Shown here one piece after another: positions 1-11,980 of a DNA stretch of 64,000 bases (position 1 is its first letter; every line of letters starts with the position of its first letter). Below the pieces are notes generated by a model. It was not told the origin of the DNA, made no database searches, and saw only the letters and a list, made by a program, of their open reading frames with translations. Position numbers and translations under genes: made by a program. This DNA comes from Vicugna vicugna (lineage: Eukaryota), in the NCBI GenBank assembly GCA_013265495.1, contig MU058418.1:558001-622000 (forward strand), given 5' to 3'.

Positions 1-469
1 TTTTAAGATTGCTTACTTACTATCACATCGTAGAATACCACTGACCAAATTTTCAAGCAATAGATTATTTGAAAATCTTGAGTATATATATTTGTATGCA
101 AAGGCCACAAAACTCCTCATGAGCAATGAGAGGGACAAGGTACATTATGCAGACAATTCTTAGAGTTTACTTTAAAAAAAAAAATATATATATATAACCA
201 TCAAGGAAGACTCTACATGGTCCAAGACCCCATTGTCTTGCCCTACCATTTAATAGTAAAATTGTTAATATTGGAAACATGCAACTAAGAAAATAAATGC
301 AAAGCAAAGGAAAAAAATATAATTTACACATGGAAATATCTGCAGTAGTAAATGGACGTGCCTCTGATAAACCTGTTAAAGGATGGCAATGAGAAACCAT
401 CCTTTGTGGGGTGTCTCCCTTGTGCCACTATGCTTGGTCTTTACAGACCCTTTTTATTAGACCCTACAT

Positions 470-620
470 GCTTTATAACTTCGCTAAGTGGATGTTGTTA
501 TTTCCTCTTTACAGATGGGGAAATTAAAATTCAGGGATGTCACTTTCCTTGTCCTGGGAGAGGGGAGGGGATGCAGTGAGCAGGCACAGAGCCTAGATTT
601 GACCCACATCTCTCTGACGT
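470..620 (-). mobile_element. MIR fragment
   Basis: TTTACAGATGGGGAAATTAAAATTCAG...GAGCCTAGATTTGACCC resembles the reverse MIR core. Confidence 0.55.
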
Positions 621-1866
621 GTGCTCAGGCCAAGACACACTGCCAGACTTCTCAAGGTAGGGACCAGGTCTGATACATGCTTCCATCCCAGGGCGAGAGG
701 AGGGGTTCAATCTATGTTTGTGGGATGAAGGAATTAAACAGTTACTCCAGAATCGCTCTTTCCAGCTTCTTTATGATAACAATTCTTTCGTAGAACTCTG
801 AAGCCAGAAAAAACATCTATGGGAATGTTCAGAAGGGGAGTTTATTCAGAAAGGCATGTCAGTGTTTGAGAATTTCCAGTAACTACTAAATTGTAGGGAA
901 AGGAAACAAAGTATATGTTTTTTAATTTGGTAGACTATAGAAAATATATTTTTCAATGCATTTGAGTGGGTTTTAAAAATCTGACAGCACTAGCTGATAT
1001 ATGATGTGCTAAATCTTATTTTGAAGATTTTTATTCTTTTTATGATTCAGTAAGTCTGTTTTCAAAAGGCTTGGCCTCTTTTGATTTGGTGGGGGTTGTA
1101 TTCCTCGGGGTGAACTGATCTATTTCCTTCAAGACTTCTGGCCATCAAGTAGCATGCTGGAGTTAGGTGTCAGCGACATTTTCCCTCATCGTTTTTATTG
1201 CTAGAACTGAACAATTACCTAAAATACCAGAGAGAATTCACCTCTGATGGCTTGACAGGAACTCTAGGTCATTTATCAAGGAAAACCAGAAAATCAGAGA
1301 GGATATCAATTATCAATATAAAAGTGCACAAGAAACCAGCCCAAACTAACATTAATCATATTTAGTCATATGCTTGGATTATGGCTAGAAGAACAAGCTA
1401 ACAAAAGTCTCTTGGGAGAAAAAGGGAAAGGATATAAAAAATATTTAGAGTTGAGAAGAATGACACATGTGAGTAATAAAGGAGGCAAGAAATTGGGATG
1501 GGGATGTGGAAAGGATGGGGGACTGGTGAGAAGGAATTTTAAAACAGAAGAAGAAACTTAGGAGCCCATGATTAAGCTGCAAATGTGCAGATTCAGGCAA
1601 ATGAGGTCTTCGAAGTAATGTATTTTCTCACTGCATTTGGCTTGAAGTGTCTTATGTAATTGTGCTTTTTTGTGCACTTATTACTCTTCTGGTTTGAAGC
1701 ATCAGGCTTTCCTGGAGGGCTCTCTCCTCAGCTTCTCCTCCCTGGCCACACACAACCAGTTGAGACATCCTCTTTTAATTCCAGATGAGGCGCCCCTGGA
1801 GAGAGCTCTGTGAGACAAGACCTTTGTCGTTCCTCACTGTACCCCTGAGAACCGTGCTTGCCCACT

Positions 1867-2043
1867 CCATGTTTTATAGATTCTAAGGCACACTTTCCCC
1901 CACTGACATCTTAACATCTCAGAAATGGGATTGAATATTACAATTGATGACCTGTCAGTTTTAAATTGGCAATGTTTTCCCCTAGTGGTATGAAATAATA
2001 GCATCTTAACAATCAATGGTGATGTAGATTCAATGAGCTGTGG
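1867..2043 (+). mobile_element. MER104-like non-autonomous Tc/mariner fossil
   Basis: CCATGTTTTATAGATTCTAAG...CATCTTAACATCTCAGAAATGGG...GATGTAGATTCAATGAGCTGTGG follows the MER104 layout, with degenerate inverted ends. Confidence 0.65.
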
Positions 2044-3714
2044 AGGTAGGTGCCCCAAAATTATTTGTCGGATGACTGCATGCAATAACATATCCCCCTG
2101 GTTCTAGTTCAGGTGAAAAAGAAATGCTTAAGGTTGGTTCTGGCTTGTGCATCAGCCACGGGCCAGGTGGAGTGGAGTGCTGGCTAGTGGTTGTCTTGGC
2201 TGAGCATTTTCCTGCTCTGAGCATTCCCTTAAGCAGAGCCAATAGATGGCTTTGTTCATAATTTCAGGTGAAATGTTGAACCAATTAAGACATATTTCTG
2301 ATAAGCCAGGTTTAAAATAATAAGCAGTGCTTTTGTCTTAATTATCCAGAAAATTGCTTAATGTTCAGCTTTGGATTGCATATCTATCAATATTTCTCTT
2401 GAAAATTCATGAACATACATACATTGGTAGAGAAACAATGGTTTCTCTCTCTCTCAATAGAACAAGCTGTAGATTTTATTAGGACAAAATATGGGTTATT
2501 ATAAATAAATCAGAATCTTTTTACCCATCATCATCACCAATATCATCATCCCTTAGAGAGGTTCCCAACCTACAGAAGAGACAAAACACATAGATAGGTA
2601 CGTTTCCTACACTTCAAATTTTATCATCCACCTTCAGGATATCAACTTGTTGTATAGGTAAATTTAACAGTGTTAACTGTGTGAAGAACTCTCCTGTTCT
2701 ATAGTGTTCAGATATCAATATAGTTAGGTTTTCTTTGAATGGAAAATTTGAATCTGATTCTGATACTGCAGCAGGCTCTGTTATGCTCATTGCTGTGTGA
2801 ACACAGGAGAACCACACAAACATTTTAAAATGTCAAAGCCTGAGGTGGGAAGAGAGGCAATATTTAGATATGGAGCATACACTAGGATAAGGCCGTCACA
2901 TGAAGGGTATCCAGATTATTAACTATATGTGAAATACTTTAGGCATCTCCATTACAGAGCCCTTTCAGGCCGTGGTGTTTTTTAACTTCTGAATTTTCTG
3001 ATGAATGTGTAAGGACAACAATGGTGTTTACACCATTGGCTTAGAGAAATATTTATATATTTGCCAGATAGCTTGACTTTCGAGAATATGTGACCTCATT
3101 GTGTATATACACATATAAAATACAATATATGAAGGCAAATTTGTATATCCCATGTAGAAATGTGGATACATACATTAAAGAAAATGAAAATAAACCAGAG
3201 CATTAAAAAAGTGCTTATGAGCCTATGGCATTTAACACATCTCAGTCATTTATGCAGTATTTGATATAAACATCAAAAACATAATTTGATGTTTATATGT
3301 GAATACATAAAAATAAATAACATGGAAAAATAAAATTGTCGTGAAACTTTCATTTTTTCCTTAGCATTTTTATTTTTAAACAATGTTCTGACTGTCATCA
3401 AAGCAGCCAAGTTGAAAACTGAGCTGCATCAATGGAGACAGCCGGTCTTGGTAATTCAAACCCAAAGAACCTCTTCTCGAGGGATATATTCCCTGGTGTA
3501 TTTGCTCTGAATAGTTTCCTATACCCCTGATTTATTCTCTTGTGTACCCTGCATGAAGACAATATCTATAATTCAATGCAAAGTCTATAAAGATTGAAAA
3601 CCTTTTTTAAAAATCTGGGTATTTAGTGTCATGGACACATCTCAGTAAGTGTAATTAATATGAGAGTAGGTGGTTATAGGGTGTGTATGTGACCCAGATT
3701 TTGAAGACATTTGT

Positions 3715-4400
3715 CTGTCAATCAATGTGCATTATTGAGTGCCTACTGTCTCCCCAGTGCTGTGCTTAAAAGGCAGGTGTTGCAGTGAAAACAAAGTATA
3801 AAATGTGGGTCCTTCTCACAAGGAGTTTACACACAAACTGCACTGATATGAACGATGAACTTCCAGTGTATATTAAAGTGTCCAGTGAGGTAGTATGGTG
3901 CTTAGAGATTAGAAATACATATTAAAGTATTACAGGCATAGAAAGGAAGTAAAGGGTCATTCAGTGGGGAAGAGAAGGTGGGGCTGGAGTGATCAGAAAT
4001 AGATCCTCAGAGGAGACGGGGCCTGGGCTGGTCCTTGTTGGGTGGATGGGGAATGGAAGTGTATCTTGGAGAAAGGGAAGACTGTTGGTGGAATGATGGG
4101 AGGGAGGTGAGCAGGGAGCATTGGGGGGGGCAGTTGAAACACCACCTGGACTAGCATCATTTTATGAGTGGTGAGAATAGAGTTAACTCAGCAGGTTGTG
4201 GTCAGATAATAAAAGCAATGAGAGTCAGGCAGCTAATTCTACATTTGGTGTTTTAGGTTGTGGGGGTCCTTATTAGGTATCTGAGCCAGGAAGTATTATT
4301 ATGAAAGCAGTGCTTTCACAGCTTGAAGCGGCGAGACTTCTAGAAGGCGGTTAGGACGGCCCGGGCACACTGTGATGAGGACGAATGTTCTCACAGCTGG
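3715..4400 (-). mobile_element. L2 fragment(s)
   Basis: CATTATTGAGTGCCTACTGTCTCCCCAGTGCTGTGCT is a typical reverse L2 3' end, followed by purine-rich L2-like body. Confidence 0.55.
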
Positions 4401-4749
4401 AAAGGCAAGAAGGAGACTGCAAATGACTGTCCAAAAATATTGGCCATCAAGTTCTTATGACCATGTTAATATAAATAACTGGCAAGGATTTCATCTCAAG
4501 CCAATTTTCTTGTAAATTTAGATTTTTGGATAAGAGTCTTAACTGAGTAAGTAGCTAGTTGTGTGCAATGAGAAAAACTGAGGTCAAAGTAGAAGCAGGA
4601 AACTGAATTGTGATCCACATCGATTCAAAGATCAGTGTGATTTAATTGTAAAAGTACAAACTAGGGGGGAAAAGGCTCTTAAATTTGTATCAAAGAGGGA
4701 TAGACTCTCCCTTAACAAGAGTGCAGTAAACCCTCAGAGAGCAGCACAG

Positions 4750-4960
4750 AGGCAGTGTGGAGTGTGTGCCCTGAAGTCACACTGACTTGGTCCTCTTCCT
4801 GGCTGTGTGGTGATTAGTTTTGTGGCCTTGGGAAGGTCAGTTTTTATATCTGTAAAACAGGAATACTAGCTGTATATGCCATTTAGAGATGCCGTAAAAG
4901 CTAAGTGAGATAATTCATATAAAGTGCATGGCATATAATAAGCACTCAATAAGAGGTAAC
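4750..4960 (+). mobile_element. MIR
   Basis: GTGGCCTTGGGAAG...ATCTGTAAAACAGGAATA...AAGTGAGATAAT...AAGCACTCAATAA core and tail. Confidence 0.7.
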
Positions 4961-5045
4961 TAATATAGAGGAATAAAGCCCCTTTTTTGTATTCAGCTTT
5001 TAATAGAAAGAAGGAAATGCCCATAGACAAAACTTACATGAGTAT

Positions 5046-5354
5046 GTATGCATGCATGCCTGTATTTATTAATTATTTTTTTAAACATTTTTTATTGAGT
5101 TATAGTCATTTTACAATGTTGTGTCAAATTCCAGTATAGAGCACAATTTTTCAGTTATATATGAACATACATATATTCATTGTCACATTTTTTTTGCTGT
5201 GAGCTACCACAAGATCTTGTATATATTTCCCTGTGCTATACCATAAAATCTTGTTTATCTATTCTACATATGCCTGTCAGTATCTACAAATTTTGAACTC
5301 CCAGTCTATCCCTTCCCACCCATCACCCCTTGGCAACCACAAGTTTGTATTCTA
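5046..5354 (-). mobile_element. 5'-truncated young L1 3' end (camelid-type) with 12-bp TSD
   Basis: TTTATTGAGTTATAGTCATTTTACAATGTTGTGTCAAATTCCAG... L1 3' UTR. TTACATGAGTAT is repeated exactly at 5034-5045 and 5355-5366. Confidence 0.85.
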
Positions 5355-8300
5355 TTACATGAGTATTTAGAGTCATTGTTTTTTAAAAATGAAGAGAAAA
5401 ATCTTATGACATGTAGCTTTTGATTATGTGGATTTAGCTTGCTCTTTACACCTTGCTTGTGTACAGGATTCTAGAAGGACAACTGGTATTTATCTAGTAA
5501 TGACCCTGAAGATTTTCAAAAGATCTGCATCAAGGAAAAAACATCTTATTGAATTTACTATGTTTACTAAGATTAGACTAATATAAAATGGTTTGGGATG
5601 AAAACAAGTCTCACACAAAAGGCTTTGCTGGTTAATCCCCCAAATTAAATTTCTTATAATCTCACATTCTCTAATTTTCCTAATTACCTGACTATTAAAA
5701 TTCCACTTTTCTTTTGGAAGTGTACACCATCACACACTTATTTGGCCATCTTCTTTGTTGATATGCTGATAAGTTTAGAAATCAGTTAGGCACTTAATTA
5801 TTGATTTGATAAATCAGTTTTCCTTTGGTCTGATTTAGTTGTTTGGAATGCATTTGGGACTTATTACAGTTGTAAAAATGAAAAAAAAGTAACAAAAGTC
5901 TAAAATAATGTGAGCAAAATGTCATTAGGTGAACAGGATAAAGCTGGAGAGCATCTCTTTTGGTTAGAACTCTTTGAAATTGTTAGGCTGCCTCTCCCCT
6001 ACACAGATTTTCAAGGTCATGTTCAAGATTAAAATGAGCTGTGGGACAATAAATTGCCCATTATAGCAGAAAAACATGAAAACAGAAAATGAGACCTAAT
6101 GTCTTTCTGCATGCCCTGATTTTTTTTTTCTGAGCCTAACACACCTATTTAGTCTAATTTAGTTTTAGCTCTAGTTATGGTTTCTAAAATTACAACGTGT
6201 GTGAGGTTTGGAATTTTTTTCTTCCAACAGGAATTAGAGTGTATAATACTTTTCTCTCCTCCTTGGGGGAATGTAAGAATCACATAGCTCCCTACTCTCT
6301 GTGCTGTGTGGATGCCTCTCACAGGGCCCATGATGGGAATGGTTCCTCCCAGAATCAGCAGCCCCATAGCTTTGCATCTAGACTGACTCTCTTGTCATCA
6401 AAGTGTTAGCCCCAGCAAGCAAGGGAAGTACAATAATGTCTTTTTTAGATTGTGAAACTAACCATACAAAATTATTTTTAGATTTGAAAGTACAACTTAA
6501 AAAAATGTGGTTGAATCCACTGTGCTTTTTTTTTTTTAATGACCACAATACATGGGTTTACATTTTAAGTTTTCTATTGCAAGAAAGAAATGACAGGACT
6601 GTTAAGGATGCTGATGGTTAGAGCAAGAAACCTGGGAATAGACAAAGGTTCTGGAATCAGTTTTCCTTCACTCTCAGCTGCCACCATCACCATCTCTTTG
6701 GCCTATCCTGACTATGTATCTCTTAACTGTTTCCATAAATTAAGTAGAGAACTTCATGCAAGTGCCACACACAATCATGCTTTCCTCAAAGCCCATGTCA
6801 TTAATTCCTTTTATTATTCAGTCAGCAAGCTTTTACTGAGTGCCGACGATGTACAGGGCACAAGATCACCTTGCGTGGGTATGGCGTGGACTACAGAATT
6901 CCACCCCTGGTTTTTGTAAGATCTTTGTATGTTTACTTTATATGTATATACTGTATAGATATAGCCATACACAGGTCTGTACAAAATCATCTTACTAAAG
7001 GCTTTGATTAGGTACTCAAGAAATACCAACTGTATGAATGAATGAACAAACCCTATGGCGTCAGTCCCTGTTGGCATTTCTCCACAGCCAGCTCAGACTC
7101 TGAGGTCTCTCTTGGGTCTAGGGAGTTGTCCGGAATGTCTGGAATGCGGCAGCGTTGGCCGAGTGGAGTTCCTCTCTGACACATTTCTGAGTTGTCCAGT
7201 TTCTTGGGCAGAATGAGTAGTGGCAGAAGGCATAGAAGCCACCTATGGGCTCTGAGAACCATCTGGGGCTCCCTCCCTAACGATGGCATACCCCATCCTC
7301 TCCCCCGATCCCAATCACCCAGGTTTTTTCCCCAAACCAGAGAGTAGGGCCTGAAAAACATTTCCTCCAAATTGCATTCAGCACCCCATATTCACAGTTA
7401 GGTTTGAATTTAGCTACTAGAGGTGGTATCAGATGTAGTACTCAAGACATTAGATTTAAAAATATGTATTTTTTCATTCTTTTCAAACTATTTAGATTAA
7501 AATTTTAAACAAACAAATTACTTTGGAATCATGACTATATTCCTAGGTTTGCATGAGACACTCGTTCCAGCCAGTCTAGGATGGCAAGCAGAGCTCCCAG
7601 AAAATCCTCCTCCCCACTTCCAGCTCTCTCTGTCTCTCAGGTGATTTTCACACAAAACATCAGTCAGTCCAAGATGTAGTTTTCTCTGGAACATTCATTC
7701 TGCTGAATTGGCCCCATAGAATTACTACACTTCTTTTTGAAATAGAACTATGCAGAGTCTTGAATTTTATTACAGAATTTAATACCAATAATTACTTAAA
7801 ATTTAATGAATTTCACTACTGACTTAATTGCTTTTGAGTTGTTCCACTTAACTTATTAAAGAGAAGCAAGGACATATTCATTTAATAAGCAGCAGAAGTC
7901 TTGCCCTCACATCTGCCTACATTCTCTTTTCAATTAATCAATTATAGTCCAATGGTGTGTAATTACACATTAAGAAAGTTATTGGATAGTGCAGCACGCC
8001 TGTCCCGGGAGGCTCATGAATACACTAATATAACACACCTGTAATGACCTGAGCTCAGTTCTGTAAATTACACTCATTTCTCTCCCTCTCTCTCTCTGTC
8101 TTTGCTAAATTAAGATGAGAGCCATTACCATTAACTTTTTGAGTCACATTTAGTCGATGTGATACAGAGAAGGAAAGTGAAAAAGAAAGACTGAAAGGAA
8201 AGTAAAGATGGAAGAAAAAGACTTTCTCTCCAAGTATGAGTAAGCTGCCTTTTGAAATTAGCTTCCTGAGTTCTGATCCTGACCCAGGAGCCCTTGCAGC

Positions 8301-8560
8301 GTTTCTGAGAAGCAGTGATTGTCCATCAAAACCGGGTCTAGTGAATCCTACTAAATACTTGAGAAAATCAGACTAGTATTATTTGAACTCAAATAGTGTC
8401 GTGTTTCTCAGCTTCCTTCAATCTCCTGATGAGAGAAATAGGAAAACCTTTTGAAATCACATTCAAGCAAATTTGCTTGGCTTGTTTCAAATCAAACCAA
8501 AGTCTGGAACTGATCCCCATGCAGGAGCGCTAAGCCTCTGCATAGCAACTAAGCCGCGTT

Positions 8561-8612
8561 AAAAAAAAAAAAAAAAAAAAAGAAAGAAAGAAAAGAAAAG
8601 AAGAAAAAAGAA
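8561..8612 (+). repeat. A21 followed by GAAA-type simple repeat
   Basis: Read directly. Confidence 0.9.
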
Positions 8613-10627
8613 CCCACTAAAAACATGGCACAAAGAGCAAATTTTACTACGTTCATGGCCTAAAGGCGCTGGTTATGTGAAAGGGTCTATTCCAGTATGT
8701 CCTTCTGATTTATGCTAAATCAGTAAAACCCAACAAGAACCTCTTAATCCAAATTATATAGTTGGAGACATTCTAAATGCCTAAACCAACCAAGTGATTT
8801 TAAGCAAATGCCCTGTTAAAATAGGCTTTTGATGTCTGTACAACTCCAACTCAAGAAGCAATCTGTTGACATTTTCGGCAAATGCTATCTTCGTCTGAGA
8901 CAGAGGCAGCCGTGGCTTCTTCAGAGTATTTTTCAGAGTGAGGTAATTCTTCTCCCCTTCCCTCCCTCCTCCCCTACAGAAAACCCTGCTTCTGTTATCC
9001 CCTCATTGAGGTACTGACAAGGTCAAGTCTACTGTGATTAATGGCTGTCCATCAGGATAGAAAGAAGGATACGTTGGTACTCAGCTAGCAGATGCTCATG
9101 AACATGCAAATGAACGTGGTGAGCTCTTTGGTAGGGAAGGATTTGCTTTGTTGATGTTTTTAACTCTACAGCCAATTTTGGGCATTTTGTGCACTGTTTT
9201 CCCTGCTTACCGCCACTGCCGTACATACCCCAGAGTCACTTGGGCAAAGCCTGCCTCTCCGAGTGACTCCTCGGAATGCCTGAGACCCTGCTGGCCCAGA
9301 ACAGAGGATGGGTGTCAGCAGCAGAGGCACCCCGTGTATTTTCAGGGTGTGTCCTTTCCTGCCACTCCTGGCCTGTCGGGACAAACGTCTCTGCCGAAGG
9401 GGCTGTCTTCCTGTGTGGGCTCCATTTGTGGCATCTCATGGGCCTCCGTGGGGTTGAATTGTAAATAGCGGCCACCACATAAAACATGCCATCTGTACCC
9501 CTGTGGGTAGTAGGATGGAACACAAAAAAGATTTATTCCAGGAATATGAACTGATGTTTACAGACATGCCAGGGCTGGCTTTGAAAACACAGTGGAAAAC
9601 TGTCTCAAAAGCAGTTTAAGTACCATGTAATAGAAGCCTGAAAAAAGTGCTATAGGAGCATGAAGGAAACCTCTGTGCCCGGAGAGATGCAGTAAGCTGC
9701 TATGTCCACACCAGTCCCCTTTGCCCAGAGGTATGAGCTACCATGAGGGAAGGCAGTGCCTGTGGCACTCATGCTTTGGGGGCCTGGAGTCCCCCCAACC
9801 CACAACCCTCAACTCCTGTTATAATTCCTTACAAACAGGAGGGTACAGAGAGAAGTTTGGATTGAGCAAGTCAGATTGCCATGGGAAAGTTTCCTTATTT
9901 GTTGGGCTGGGATTCAGGGCTATGTTGGGGGGCATCCTTTGCTGGGGGCATCATACCCGCAGGCAGGCAGAGGCACCCTGGCTATCAGAGGGATGATCAC
10001 ATACCCCAGGATTTGCACAACCTTCCCAACTTCATCTGTTTTCATAAATCACTGGTCCTCAAATGAGTTCAGGGTCTCTTTTGAGAACATCATGAATTAT
10101 TGTCCTATTTAATCCCTGTTGTGTGAACCAGGAGTAATTTTTACCATCTGTAATACACATATGCAATATCAAGTCATAAACAGTTTAACAAATATACACT
10201 CAGGCTAACTAAGCAGGACTGACTGTTTCTTGTTTCCCATTCATATTCCGTTACTACTTGCCTGTTGATTTTGTCATCTTTGAATGCTTCCTAGCAGATA
10301 CAGCAGCCTTGGTCCGTGAGATAAGTCCTTTCCTACTGAATTTGGGTAATTATTGTTTATGCATGCTGTGGTTACTGTCTTGTGATGTGAGTTTATTTCC
10401 CTGCTCATCCTGTCCTGGAGATCTAGCCACTCCGTTTACAAAGAGACTGGGGTCTCACCTGAAGAGAGTGGCGTCTCATATTTCTAAACTCAACCCCACA
10501 CGTCTACCCCAACCTGGGGTACCACCTGTTTCCCCTTCCCTTCTCCTTCCTTAGGAAACCAAGAAGGGTGAGAGCAACATACAGGCAGACTTTCTTGGCT
10601 TTCACTATGGGCTGGCTGCCTATGAGG

Positions 10628-10641
10628 GCACCCCCTAGTGG
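10628..10641 (-). promoter_or_regulatory. Candidate CTCF site
   Basis: Minus strand reads CCACTAGGGGGTGC, one mismatch from the CCASYAGRKGGCRS core. Motif evidence only. Confidence 0.4.
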
Positions 10642-11814
10642 TTGGGGTGTAATAGCACCCTCCAAGTTGGCCCTGAAGTTGTGTCTGGACCCATGTCTTA
10701 GACCCGTGTAATAGAAACCTGAAAAAAGTGCTACAGGAGCATGAAGGAAACCTCTATGCCCAGAGAGAAGCACCAGTTTGGTCTGCAGATTGTGCCAGCA
10801 CTTTGGGACCCATGAGTTTGATATTTTAGATTCTCTGAACCAGACTCTGGTGTATGTGTGTGTGTTCTCATGTGGGCGTGTGTGTGCATGCAACAACTTT
10901 TCCTGAAGCTTTAAGTCAGTGAGGGCTTTTATATCACAGGACTGTGAAAAGCTTAAATATGACATTCCAGTTCATAAAGTTTTTCAGCCATCTGCCCCCA
11001 GGAATTTCTCCCCGGCCACATTTCTCCACAGGTTCCAGTCACCTGTCAGCCTGCTCAGAGCCATCTTATCTTCCCTGCCTCCCATTGCCTTCTGTCACCT
11101 TCCTGCCTGTTCATGCCCCATGCTCACATTTCCATTGACTTTTTATGCTGGACAGACGAGCCGTTACCCAGGCTGACTTCGTGCTTCCTGTATTCTCTGG
11201 GTACCTCTCCCTTTTGTTCTCGCATCTTATATACTATAATACCTTGTTTTGAAGTCCCAGTGGAATTGAAGCAAGTCAAAGGAGGGCTGATGCTTATGCT
11301 GGTACAGCTGTCATTTACAGACAGATGAGGGGCCAGCACGGCTGAAGTGGGGGTCCCCAGAGGTGGTGAAGCTGAGGGGTCACTGCCTCTTGCTCAGGAA
11401 GCTGCCCTTCTCCTACCAGAGATTCTCCTGCTGTGGCTAAATCCTGAAGGCTTCTAATTAAAGCTGAGGAAAATATATAGGAGAAAAACATACATTTGCA
11501 AAATCAGAGTGTTCACGTTTCTCCACAGTGGTCTGGGAGAAAACAAAAGTGATTTGATTGCAGGCGTAGCTCCAGCTGGTCCAGCTCACAGGCAGACCGT
11601 ATGTCCTTGGGAGCTGAATTTGAGACCCACCACCATCAGTCTCCGAGAATGTCCCAGGAGGTGTGAAGCTTCAGCATCCTGGAGTGGCTCCCAGACTGCC
11701 TCTGGCTCCAGGAAGCAAACCCAAATCTTTCCTCAGACCATAGGCCCTGGTTTGGGGTTCAGAAGACATGGTCCCCTTGACTATGGGCTGGCCCTCCAAC
11801 TGCACGTTGTTCAG

Positions 11815-11980
11815 AGCCCCTCACTATCAAAATGTGGCCTGCCCACCCTCAGCGTGGACCCCACCGGGGCCTCTGGCGGGAGTGCAGATTCTCAGGCTCC
11901 ACCCAGACTTCCTGAATCAGAACTGCAGTTTAACTAGACCCCCGGGGAGTCGTGTGCACACTAGAGTTTGACAAGCTCTG
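11815..11980. mobile_element. MER5A-like hAT-Charlie MITE
   Basis: TGCAGATTCTCAGGCTCCACCCAGACTTCCTGAATCAGAACTGCAGTTTAAC...AGTTTGACAAGCTCTG. Confidence 0.75.
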
